Below, piece after piece: positions 53,012 to 62,095 of a stretch of DNA of 64,000 nucleotides. Position 1 is the stretch's first letter. Each line of letters begins with the position of its first letter. The translations under genes and the position numbers were made by a program. The notes below the pieces were generated by a model, which did not search any database, was not told where the DNA came from, and saw nothing but the letters and a program-made list of their open reading frames with translations. The stretch is from Thermoplasmatota archaeon (lineage in GTDB: Archaea; Thermoplasmatota; Penumbrarchaeia; Penumbrarchaeales; Penumbrarchaeaceae), in assembly GCA_049472215.1 (NCBI GenBank), contig JBLIRH010000002.1:23815-87814 (forward strand), in the 5' to 3' direction.

Positions 53012-55570
53012 TCATCTTCTGTCGACCGGCTGGAACCTGGGAGCGGACTGCGGCGGAGCGCCGCCGCCCCCGTAAGAGTACTGCACCGGATACTGTGTTT
53101 GTCTCGGAGGTTCCCTCTTCCTCCTGGACCTGGATATCATGAACCCGGACAGGGCCAGAAGAATGAATACCAGGAGAATTACCAGGAATATGATGGCTGT
53201 CGGACCTATGCCTGTCTGCCTTCCCTTGACATCCGTGGAGGAGGATGGTATGTCGATGATCAGCTGAACGGTGGCAGTATCGGTCCCGCCTCCGTAATCG
53301 TATACGGTCACCTGGATCTGGTAGGTGCCGTTCTCGAGATCGGTGACAGACGGAAGCTCAAGGGTGAACTCCAGATCGTCAGCGGCAACATCCGGGTCCA
53401 CGCCGTCGTTCAGCATCTCGATCCCCGAGCCGCCGCCGATGGACCTCAGATCGGCAATGACGATCTCGATGTCACCGAGGCCGTCGGGGTCCTCTATGAG
53501 CGCGTAGAGTATGATCCGCTCTCCGGAGGTGTTCGAATTGATAACCCCTGGCTCCACCGATACGAGGCTGATGACCGGCGGGGAGTTGATCGACTCCTCC
53601 CTCACATCGATCTCCAGCGACCTCGAATCGGTGCCCCCTTTGCCATCCAGGACGGTCACGGTAACCCTGTCCATCACGGGCTGGGAGGGGGCCTGGTAGA
53701 TCACCTCGTCCCCGGTTCCCTCGATCGTTCCCCTTTCGGCATCGTAATCGTACTCGAGTTCGTCCCCGTCCTGATCTATTGCGACGACCCGGAGGTTGGT
53801 GGTCCCATCGACCGTGAGCACGTTCTTGCCGGCCTTGAACGAGGTGATCACCGGGGGTCTGTTCGGGAGACCCTCCTGGACCATGACGAAGGTGGAGGCC
53901 GTATCCCTGCCTCCGGAAGGGTCCGAAACGGCCAGATTGAAGTAATATTTTCCGGGTTCGGAGGGTGCTTTCCAATCCCACAGGGGGCCTTCCCCTGTCA
54001 GTGTACCGTCGTCCACCGTCAAAGAATATGTAAGCGGCTCCTCGTCGATATCGGCTGCGACGGCCCTCACCCTGCAGGTGGATCCCGCAGTCGTAACATT
54101 GGGTTCGACGGCGAAATACGTTATCTCGGGCCTGTGATTGACGGGGACATAGGTCAATGACGTCTTCACCGCGTTGTAAGCGTCCAGCATTCCATAGCCA
54201 TACTGGGTATTATAAGTTGGAGAAAGGTCCCTGTCATAGGGCTCTCCCCTGGCCTCGGACGTCTGATGAAGTATCATCGAGATGTGGTTGGTCCTGTCCG
54301 TAGGTGCCAGAGAGGACTTTGCCTGAAGCATCAGTGCAACCGTTCCCGAAACATGTGGCGTCGCATAGGAGGTCCCGGACCCGGTCGACCATCCGCTGGC
54401 CCCCTGGAGCCGCGAAGTCCTGGAGGATGAAGCGAAGGATATTCCTACACCCGGGGCAACGACATCGGGCCTCATCTCGTCATAGGGATTGGTGTCTCCG
54501 TCATCGGTCCTCGGTCCGTAGGTTGAAGAGGCCCAGTACTCGTCATCGGACCTGTCGATCGTGTCCTGGTCGCTCACCGCCCCCACGACTATCGACCGGT
54601 CCGCCCAGGTCGTTCCCGCACCGGATGCGTACTGGGACCCTGAATTTCCCGCTCCCTGGACCACGACGATCCCCTGCACGGTAAGCTCGTCCATTGCCTG
54701 CACTACAGCACCATTATTGTTTCCCACACCGAGGCTCAATGATACTATGTCGACACCTGTGTAACCCGTGTCGCCCCAAACGGTCTCCCTGTTGTCCGAG
54801 CACCATTGGAAGGCATCCATGAGGCTGTTCTGGTTGAGGGTGATGCCGCTCTGGCCTATTATCTTGATATCGATAAGGCCCGCTGCGGGCGCCACCCCTT
54901 TATGGGACCCGTCCGCGTCACCCCTCCCAAGGGCGATCGAAGCGACCCCGGTCCCGTGCCCCGTCCTGTCGTCCGGATCGAAGCTTCCGTCGTCGGGATT
55001 GAGGGGGGTGTTAATCGGTGCTGTAAAATCGACCCCGGCCACGAAGGCGTCCTGGAATGTTGGATGCTCGTTATCGACACCAGTATCCAGGACCGCAATG
55101 GTGACTCCTCTTCCGGTCATCCCGAGTTCCCTGGCGGTCCTCGGGCTGTACTCGTCTGACGGATTCGCCTTTATCGCCGCTGTGGAAACGTCCATCAACG
55201 TTCTGACAGTATCCTGCTTCTCGATCCTGACGATACCTGGTATTGATAATGTCGATTCCAGTTCTTCGAATGAATCATATCTGACCGAGATCACCGGAAC
55301 GATGTCATAGGCGTTCCATACCTCGCCTCCCTTCAAGGTGATGGCTTCGGATGCTCCCTCGATATATGACCGGTCTCGAAAATGAACAAATGTCCAGGCC
55401 GGATAGGTTGCTATATATTGATTGCTGAGCTCCATGTCGATATCGATGATGCGAAGGCCGGGGAAGAGATTGGAACTTTCATCATTTCTACCCGATACGT
55501 GGAGAAGACCCGCCATGCTGAGCATCATCACGAAAAGGATCGGCATCACGAACTTCCTTGCACCGGACAT
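53012..55570 (-). CDS. Membrane-anchored subtilisin-like serine protease (S8) with PKD/Ig-like repeats
   Basis: Triad contexts VTIAVLDTGVDNEH, GHGTGVASIA, GAGNSG and GTSYATPHVSGTVALM. Signal peptide, several Ig-like repeats, TM IIFLVILLVFILLALSGFMI, and a P/Q-rich tail. Confidence 0.9.
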   Translation of the reverse strand: MSGARKFVMPILFVMMLSMAGLLHVSGRNDESSNLFPGLRIIDIDMELSNQYIATYPAWTFVHFRDRSYIEGASEAITLKGGEVWNAYDIVPVISVRYDSFEELESTLSIPGIVRIEKQDTVRTLMDVSTAAIKANPSDEYSPRTARELGMTGRGVTIAVLDTGVDNEHPTFQDAFVAGVDFTAPINTPLNPDDGSFDPDDRTGHGTGVASIALGRGDADGSHKGVAPAAGLIDIKIIGQSGITLNQNSLMDAFQWCSDNRETVWGDTGYTGVDIVSLSLGVGNNNGAVVQAMDELTVQGIVVVQGAGNSGSQYASGAGTTWADRSIVVGAVSDQDTIDRSDDEYWASSTYGPRTDDGDTNPYDEMRPDVVAPGVGISFASSSRTSRLQGASGWSTGSGTSYATPHVSGTVALMLQAKSSLAPTDRTNHISMILHQTSEARGEPYDRDLSPTYNTQYGYGMLDAYNAVKTSLTYVPVNHRPEITYFAVEPNVTTAGSTCRVRAVAADIDEEPLTYSLTVDDGTLTGEGPLWDWKAPSEPGKYYFNLAVSDPSGGRDTASTFVMVQEGLPNRPPVITSFKAGKNVLTVDGTTNLRVVAIDQDGDELEYDYDAERGTIEGTGDEVIYQAPSQPVMDRVTVTVLDGKGGTDSRSLEIDVREESINSPPVISLVSVEPGVINSNTSGERIILYALIEDPDGLGDIEIVIADLRSIGGGSGIEMLNDGVDPDVAADDLEFTLELPSVTDLENGTYQIQVTVYDYGGGTDTATVQLIIDIPSSSTDVKGRQTGIGPTAIIFLVILLVFILLALSGFMISRSRRKREPPRQTQYPVQYSYGGGGAPPQSAPRFQPVDRR

Positions 55571-55617
55571 TATCTCACCTTGTCGAACGGGAGTGAAATT
55601 GATTTCACGGACTGTGA

Positions 55618-56160
55618 TCAGGAAAGATATTCCGGTTCCACCACCAGCGAACGCAGTTTCAGAACCTTGTTCGGGCTCAGCCCGATGTAAGTGTCCCCGA
55701 ATATCCCACCCTCAACCTCCAGCGGATAGGTTATCACCTGTGATCTCACAGGTTCGTCCTCCACCCTCTTCACAGGCTCCGCGGGTTTTGCAGGTTCCGG
55801 TACCTTGGCCACCGGTTTGAACTTGGCCTGGGAGACCGGAGCAGGTGGCACTGCCGGAGCCCTGGGACCCGGTGCCTTGGGCTGGACCGTTTCCAGGGGC
55901 TTTGGCTTCGATATTAGAGAGTAGGCTATGATGAGCGCGAGCGCCAGGAAAAGGACGACCGCCCCCACCAGCCTCCAGAGAGGTGGGAAGATCGGATCGA
56001 ACTCATCGGCCAGCAGGGACACGAACTTGGGCCCGATTATGAATATCCCCAGATACGCCACATAAAGCAGCAGGGCGAATATCGGGAACATCGGGAAACT
56101 GCCTTTGCCGGGGGGAGGCGGGCTCCCCTGGACCGGAGTGAACTTCGCGGGCACAGCCAT
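55618..56160 (-). CDS. Membrane protein with a Pro/Ala/Lys-rich linker and a small C-terminal beta domain, function unknown
   Basis: Two TMs (FPIFALLLYVAYLGIFIIG, LVGAVVLFLALALIIAYSLI), a PKAPGPRAPAVPPAPV...PEPAKPAEP linker, and an ITYPLEVEGGIFGDTYIGL C-terminus. It lies upstream of the S8 gene on the same strand. Confidence 0.5.
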   Translation of the reverse strand: MAVPAKFTPVQGSPPPPGKGSFPMFPIFALLLYVAYLGIFIIGPKFVSLLADEFDPIFPPLWRLVGAVVLFLALALIIAYSLISKPKPLETVQPKAPGPRAPAVPPAPVSQAKFKPVAKVPEPAKPAEPVKRVEDEPVRSQVITYPLEVEGGIFGDTYIGLSPNKVLKLRSLVVEPEYLS

Positions 56161-56274
56161 GTCAAACGAGGTTAATGGAGCCTGTCTTTAAAATGTTTGC
56201 CTTTTAACTGGATAGCTAGGCCTCTCCCCTGCCCATCGAGAAAGATTATATGCACCGGGCTGTTTCGTGGAACG

Positions 56275-56865
56275 ATGTCCGACGCCATCACCGCGGGTTC
56301 GGTCTTCATGGACCTAGTTCGGATCGTTGTCACGCTGCTTCCGGCCATGACGGCAAACACCTTCGCTCCTTTTCTCGGAGGCGGGAAACCGGTGGACTTC
56401 GGACGGACCAGAAAGGACGGGAGGAGGTATCTCGGAGACGGGAAGACCTGGAGGGGGACGATCGGGGGCATCAGCTGCGCGGCCCTTTTGGGACTTGTCC
56501 TGCTCCTGCTCCTGCATTTTACAGGATTGTCCGATATGGATGATTCGTTGTGGGGCCCTTTTCCTGTGAATCTGGTGTTGATCATCGTTCTCCCCATGGG
56601 ATCACTTTTCGGTGACATGCTCGGGAGCTTCATCAAAAGGGCCCTGAACAGACCCAGGGGAAAGAAGACCCCTCTTCTGGACCAGTGGGACTACGTCATC
56701 GGGACGATCATCTTCATCCTGCCGTTTTACCCCTGGTGGTTCGATACCTTCATCGCCGGCGGGGCATGGATCGCTTCCATCCTTTTCCTGGTCGTGGCTT
56801 TCCTTGCCCACACGGTCGCGAACTGGATCGGCTACTGGATCGGTGTCAAGAAAGAGCCCTGGTAG
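56275..56865 (+). CDS. carS: CDP-archaeol synthase (CarS, DUF46)
   Basis: LLPAMTANTFAPFLGGGKPVDFG...LGDGKTWRGTIGG...GDMLGSFIKRAL...PLLDQWDYVIG. Trimmed to ATG 56275 (MSDAITAG). Confidence 0.8.
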   Translation: MSDAITAGSVFMDLVRIVVTLLPAMTANTFAPFLGGGKPVDFGRTRKDGRRYLGDGKTWRGTIGGISCAALLGLVLLLLLHFTGLSDMDDSLWGPFPVNLVLIIVLPMGSLFGDMLGSFIKRALNRPRGKKTPLLDQWDYVIGTIIFILPFYPWWFDTFIAGGAWIASILFLVVAFLAHTVANWIGYWIGVKKEPW

Positions 56866-56936
56866 CCTGATATTTCGAATAATACCCATAAGGATATTAA
56901 TAAATACCATAAAATTCATGATAAAAACGGGATGGT

Positions 56937-57479
56937 ATGCCGCGCTGGGATGTCCACCTTAGCTTCGGTTTAATGGCGTTCATAGTCATATTCTCAGCTC
57001 TGCTCATGGGTTCCAGCGACGGGCGCTCCCTTGAAGGATATGCTCGCGCAGCTGTATTGTTCGGCATCGTAGGGCTGCTTGGAGGAGGCGCCCTGGTCTT
57101 CGGGTCGGTCCTTCCGGACATCGACGGGAAGGGGAAGGTCCGGTGGATGGTGGGTCCTGCCGTCGGCGCTCTGCTTTTCGTACCACCCCTTATCGGAACC
57201 TTCAGGAGCGGGGGGCCGAGCGGAGCAATGGAGTTTATCGAGGGAACAGGATCGCTTCTCTTCCTTCTGGGAACTGTTGTCGGTTATCTGCTTCTGCTCG
57301 TTCCCACGAGGCACAGGGGAATACTGCATAGCAAATGGACCTGCGCAGCATACGGAAGCGTCTGGGGAGTATACGTCTTCTACACCGCATCCATGGCGTT
57401 CGATCAGTCCATGATGATAGGCTCGATGGGAGCTCTGGGGTATGGATGGCACCTGGCCCTTGACGGCAGGTTACTCTAG
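56937..57479 (+). CDS. YdjM/DUF457-like membrane-bound metal-dependent hydrolase
   Basis: WDVHLSFGLMAF...LPDIDGKG...HRGILHS...GWHLALDG carries the His/Asp motifs of the family. Four to five TMs. Confidence 0.6.
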   Translation: MPRWDVHLSFGLMAFIVIFSALLMGSSDGRSLEGYARAAVLFGIVGLLGGGALVFGSVLPDIDGKGKVRWMVGPAVGALLFVPPLIGTFRSGGPSGAMEFIEGTGSLLFLLGTVVGYLLLLVPTRHRGILHSKWTCAAYGSVWGVYVFYTASMAFDQSMMIGSMGALGYGWHLALDGRLL

Positions 57480-60400
57480 GACCTCGGCTACCAGTACCTC
57501 CTCGGTCTCGGGCGGCTCAACGGGGTAAGAAGCCTGGACCACAACGGCCTCCTCGACCGGGACAGGTCTGCTTCTCGATCCCGGGAGAATGACCAGGAGG
57601 AACAAGATCACCAGAACGGATAATATGACGAACGCTACAATGACAACTGCTATAATTGCGCTGAAACCTTCATTCGTGGCGGTGGAAAGGGAGTATACCT
57701 CTATCTCTCCGCTGGTCCTCATAAGCTCGCTCCCGGATTCGCAGACCACCTCGACGCTGTAATTGTAGGTCCCGGGGGATGCCAGGACCTGCAGGTCCGC
57801 TCCGTAGATGGAGTCGCCCGCAACCCTGTCCCCATCCCTGCCGTCATCCTTCAGCTCGATCCTGCCACCGTCGAGTATGATCTCCGAAACAAAGAACACC
57901 GACCGGATGGGGATCACTGAATCGACCCTCAGCTCCATATGGATGATCTGTCCCTCGAAGACCCTGTCGTCGCTAACGGTGAAGGTGCAATCCGCTTCCG
58001 CCACTATCTCGACCTCCACCTCTTCCCCGTCCGAGGCCCCTTCGCTGTCGATGACCGTGACCGTGACCATGTGAATGCCGGGGGTCGCTGAAAGAGAGGG
58101 GAGGAATTCAAGAGAGAAGACACCGTCGCCCTCTACCGGGTCCGGATGCGTCCCGTCATCTCTCATCACGACACGGGCGGGACCATCCATGGATGACAGG
58201 TCTGCAACGACCGTTAGCAGATCACCCGGGAGGTCGGGATCTTCCACTTCTGCGGTCAACAGCAAAGGAGTATTGCCGTCAAGGGGCAACGGCTGGGGTG
58301 CCGTTATGACCCTAATAATCTCGGGGGGTGAGTTAGGGTTCTGGACCCGGACCTCGCAGTTTGCAACTGCCGAGTAACGATCACCATCGTATGCCCTGGC
58401 ATAGATCGTGTAATCTCCGTTCTCGAGGGTCTTGGTGTCCAGCTGGAAATCCCAATCCTCCTTCCCGTCCGCCGGAGCCCAGTTCATCGAATACCCATCT
58501 CCCTCGATGCGCACATCGACGCGGTCGATATTCCCATCGTCGCTGGCCGTCCCCCTTATGGTCACCTTCCCCGAAAGCGGCCCTTCGGGGCATTCCAGAG
58601 TTACCTCTGGGGGATAGTTGTAATCGGCCGACCTCACAAGGACCTTGACCGTGTCGGAAGACCAGTAGCCATCATCGTCCATCACCTCGAATCGGGCAGT
58701 GTACTGTCCTTCCTCCTCATACCCGGAGTAATAAAAAGTGAGGCTGGTCTCGGAATCGAACTCCCAATCCCCGTCGGATTCCACATCCCATCGGGAGCGG
58801 ACGATCTCTCCGTCGGGATCCTCGGCCGATCCCGAGAACTCGACCTCGCTCAGGGCCTTCACATCCAGATCTGCCCCCGCATCCGCGGTCGGAACCTGAT
58901 TGAGCTTGAAATAATAGAGGAAGGTGGTCGTCGAGCCCCTTTCCCCGGCCCACAAGCGTACTCCGGATCTATTCGAGCCGACGGAAACCGATAGTTCCAC
59001 GATCTCACCGCTTTTTACCTCGAGCTCCTCTATATCCAGGATCACCTCGAAGGTCATGTTCGAACCGGAACCTGGATGTTCGAAAAGGGAGGTTTCCATG
59101 GCCTCGCCGGTCTCGGTAAGGATCTCGATCCTTACCTCAAGAAGACTGGGGGCGGCGGCTTCGAACACCAGAGCGGGCCTGACCGCGGTGTGGAGGATTA
59201 TGGTCCGCTCAACGGGCTCCATCCTCCATTTCCCTATTTCCAGGGGAGAGAGCGAGGTAGGTACTGCAAAATAGGCCGACCTGCCGGGCTCAGCGGAAAG
59301 TCCAAGACTTCCGTTGAGGTATAGGTCCATCTCCAGGGAGCTAACGCCCGTCACGTTGACCTGGACCTCATCCTCGTTCGTGCTCTCCTCGCCTCCGTTG
59401 TCCTTCACCCTCAATTTCGCATTGAAGGTCCCGCCCATTTTGTAGAAGTGGGTAATGGTGGGCTGGTCGATCCATCCCGTTGAAGTGCCGTCCCCGAAAT
59501 CGAAGTTGTAGGAGACGACCGCTCCCCCCCTTATGTTCGTGTCAGTGGACCCCGAACCGTCGAATGTGAACTCGGTTATCGTCGTGCCTGTCTGGGGGGT
59601 AACCTCAAGCTGGGCGATCGGCGGTGAATTGAATCCCAGAACGGAAACGGGTCTCTCGGCGGAGTTGTTGTCCTCGTTCGATTCATCTATCTCATCCTCG
59701 GGGTCGGCGATAACTGTGATCGCATGGATCCCGGCGTTCGCCTCCCAGGTCACTTCAGCGATACCGAAGCTGCCGCTTTCGATATCCATAGTGTCCTCTC
59801 CGATGACGGTTCCGGTCCTTTCCGGTCCGTCAATGAACCGGACCAAAGCATCCTCGACATACGTCGATCCCGTGTTGTTGACCCGGGCTGTGATCGTTAT
59901 CCTGTCCCCGGTCTCCGGGCGGGTCTCGGAGATCCAAACTGCCAGAGGGGTGATCGAGAGGTCAGGGGGAAGGGAATCGTAGATGATCGTGGAGTTCATT
60001 TCCTCCATCCGGCCGTCTATGCCGTTGATGGAGACAGACCCACGGAAAGTTCGGGTTTCCCCGATCCTTCCAAAGGGACGTACCTTCATACCAAGACCGG
60101 GGGTGGCCTGCTCGGTGGTGTCATTGTAATCTATCAATATCCGGACCACCCAGTCGGACCCGAGAAGAACAGGCCCCTGAACCGTATGCTGCGCCGAGGT
60201 CGAATCAGGATCGACCCAAATATCCGTGGGAACCCCCCAATCACCAGGGGTCCTCACCTCCATAAGTACCTGGTCTCCCTGGGTGTCATAATCCGTCTTG
60301 GTGAAATGCCCGGCGTAGCTGACATCGGTAGGATCGTTGAGACGCACCTCGTCCGGGACGAAGAGGCCGAAATCGCGCAGGTCCTGGGACCGCTTGACAG

Positions 60401-61832
60401 CACCGTATGCATCTATCGCGCCCCATCCGGACCTGTAATTGTATTTTTCATCCAGATCGGGCCTGGATGCGGAGAACCTCTGTTGAGCAGTATCCCGGAG
60501 GATCTGCTTTATATCACGGGGTGTAAGTGAAGGATCAGCTTCCAGCATGAGAGCGACTATTCCGGACACGTGGGGAGTTGCCATGGATGTCCCGGACATG
60601 TCGACGTAGTCCGCGATGGAATTGTGCTTTGGCGCCCTGATCTGCCTGCCGGGTGCAACGACGTCCGGCTTCAATTCGTCGATCCTGTCGTTGTCACCGT
60701 CCGATGACCTCGGCCCGTAGTTCGAATAGTACTCGACGTCGTCGTCGTCCCTTTCGATGGTAGAATGGTCATTCACCGCTCCCACAGTGATGGCGCCATC
60801 AGCAGATGCAGGACTGGGCATGCCCTGCTCTCCGTCGTTGCCTGCTGCAACGACCACCGCGACCCCTTCGTCCACTAACTGGTTCACAAGCCTCGACGTC
60901 GTGTCCCTTCCCGTGGTGAAGACAGTGGAGCCCCATGAACAGGACACGACCCTTATATCGAACTCCAGGTGATTCTCGATCACCCATTCGAGGGCTCTAT
61001 CCGCCGCTCCGGTGAAGTCCCCCTGGACCCTTGCATATCTGAGGTCTACCAGTTGTGCCGCCGGGGCGGTTCCCTGGTACGTACCGGAATTCCCTCCGGT
61101 TCCCATGACGGTCCCTGCGACATGGGTCCCATGACCGTCGATATCGTCTGGATCGAGACCCGGTATGGTCGTGGTCCCCGTGAAATCAACTCCGTAGACA
61201 TATTTCCCCCGTAGTGATTCGTGAACGTTGTTGTCCACACCGGAATCTATCACGGCGACCACCAACCCTTCACCCGTGTATCCGAGATCAGTGGCCGTCA
61301 TAGGCGAATATGTTGTGGAATCCCTTGCCCTTGTCGCCGGAGACGAGACGTCCAGGTAGTTGACGAAGACCGGCCTGTACTCTATCATCGTGATATCCGG
61401 GGCGAATATCCCCTGCAAACCTGGGATGAGGGGCCTCGGAACAGTCAGGTATAGGGCGGTCGAATATTTTCCGGCGTGGAGGAAGGTCGATCCTGGGCCC
61501 AATTCCAAGAGCGAACCCATGATCCGAAGGGCATCATTATAGGTCGGGTAGTGATCGAAATGGACGTTTATCCCGACCAGGGACCCATCACCGTCCAGGG
61601 TCGATGGATCTTCTTCAAGGAGGTCGTCGATCCTGTTCCCGTTGACGTCCCGGTCCCAACCGCTCCAATCGAAGGGGATCACCTCCCGCGTTTCCCAGGG
61701 ATCGATCCCGTTGGGGACTCCGGATGTCTCACTTCCCCCAATTACCGGCAGGACCGGGATCGCTAGAAGAAGGGCAAATGCAAGTACCTTGAGGACTCTG
61801 GACATCCCTGTTATTCTCCTGTGATCAACCAT
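57471..61832 (-). CDS. Giant membrane-anchored subtilisin-like serine protease (S8) with CARDB-like, PKD and multiple Ig-like domains
   Basis: Triad contexts LVVAVIDSGVDNN, GHGTHVAGTVMG, AAGNDG and SGTSMATPHVSGIVALM. CARDB-like ITITARVNNTGSTYVEDALVRF. PKD segment YNFDFGDGTSTGW...GGTFNAKLRVKDNGGEES. TM AIIAVVIVAFVILSVLVILFLLVIL. Confidence 0.9.
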   Translation of the reverse strand: MVDHRRITGMSRVLKVLAFALLLAIPVLPVIGGSETSGVPNGIDPWETREVIPFDWSGWDRDVNGNRIDDLLEEDPSTLDGDGSLVGINVHFDHYPTYNDALRIMGSLLELGPGSTFLHAGKYSTALYLTVPRPLIPGLQGIFAPDITMIEYRPVFVNYLDVSSPATRARDSTTYSPMTATDLGYTGEGLVVAVIDSGVDNNVHESLRGKYVYGVDFTGTTTIPGLDPDDIDGHGTHVAGTVMGTGGNSGTYQGTAPAAQLVDLRYARVQGDFTGAADRALEWVIENHLEFDIRVVSCSWGSTVFTTGRDTTSRLVNQLVDEGVAVVVAAGNDGEQGMPSPASADGAITVGAVNDHSTIERDDDDVEYYSNYGPRSSDGDNDRIDELKPDVVAPGRQIRAPKHNSIADYVDMSGTSMATPHVSGIVALMLEADPSLTPRDIKQILRDTAQQRFSASRPDLDEKYNYRSGWGAIDAYGAVKRSQDLRDFGLFVPDEVRLNDPTDVSYAGHFTKTDYDTQGDQVLMEVRTPGDWGVPTDIWVDPDSTSAQHTVQGPVLLGSDWVVRILIDYNDTTEQATPGLGMKVRPFGRIGETRTFRGSVSINGIDGRMEEMNSTIIYDSLPPDLSITPLAVWISETRPETGDRITITARVNNTGSTYVEDALVRFIDGPERTGTVIGEDTMDIESGSFGIAEVTWEANAGIHAITVIADPEDEIDESNEDNNSAERPVSVLGFNSPPIAQLEVTPQTGTTITEFTFDGSGSTDTNIRGGAVVSYNFDFGDGTSTGWIDQPTITHFYKMGGTFNAKLRVKDNGGEESTNEDEVQVNVTGVSSLEMDLYLNGSLGLSAEPGRSAYFAVPTSLSPLEIGKWRMEPVERTIILHTAVRPALVFEAAAPSLLEVRIEILTETGEAMETSLFEHPGSGSNMTFEVILDIEELEVKSGEIVELSVSVGSNRSGVRLWAGERGSTTTFLYYFKLNQVPTADAGADLDVKALSEVEFSGSAEDPDGEIVRSRWDVESDGDWEFDSETSLTFYYSGYEEEGQYTARFEVMDDDGYWSSDTVKVLVRSADYNYPPEVTLECPEGPLSGKVTIRGTASDDGNIDRVDVRIEGDGYSMNWAPADGKEDWDFQLDTKTLENGDYTIYARAYDGDRYSAVANCEVRVQNPNSPPEIIRVITAPQPLPLDGNTPLLLTAEVEDPDLPGDLLTVVADLSSMDGPARVVMRDDGTHPDPVEGDGVFSLEFLPSLSATPGIHMVTVTVIDSEGASDGEEVEVEIVAEADCTFTVSDDRVFEGQIIHMELRVDSVIPIRSVFFVSEIILDGGRIELKDDGRDGDRVAGDSIYGADLQVLASPGTYNYSVEVVCESGSELMRTSGEIEVYSLSTATNEGFSAIIAVVIVAFVILSVLVILFLLVILPGSRSRPVPVEEAVVVQASYPVEPPETEEVLVAEVLE

Positions 61833-62057
61833 TGGATGACTGTGATGGAACTAACGTCTGGACTTATTTATAGATTTATACTAGTTTTCCGGCCATGCCA
61901 TGATGACCTTCCTCTGAAAGGTCTCGACCCGATGTTATCTTAATTAAGTTTAATTAGAAGAATTTATGGGAATCCATTTGAAATACCGTATCCGAACCGT
62001 GTTTCATCCTAATTGTCCAATCATTATTACAAGGAATGTCCAACCACTATTGCTATC

Positions 62058-62069
62058 TTTGATATATAT
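62058..62069 (+). promoter_or_regulatory. TATA-box-like element (TTTGATATATAT) for the ABC transporter operon
   Basis: Centred about 30 nt upstream of ATG 62096. This argues against the track's TTG start at 62075. Confidence 0.4.
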
Positions 62070-62095
62070 GAGGCTTGAATGGTCATGCGGTCTCC

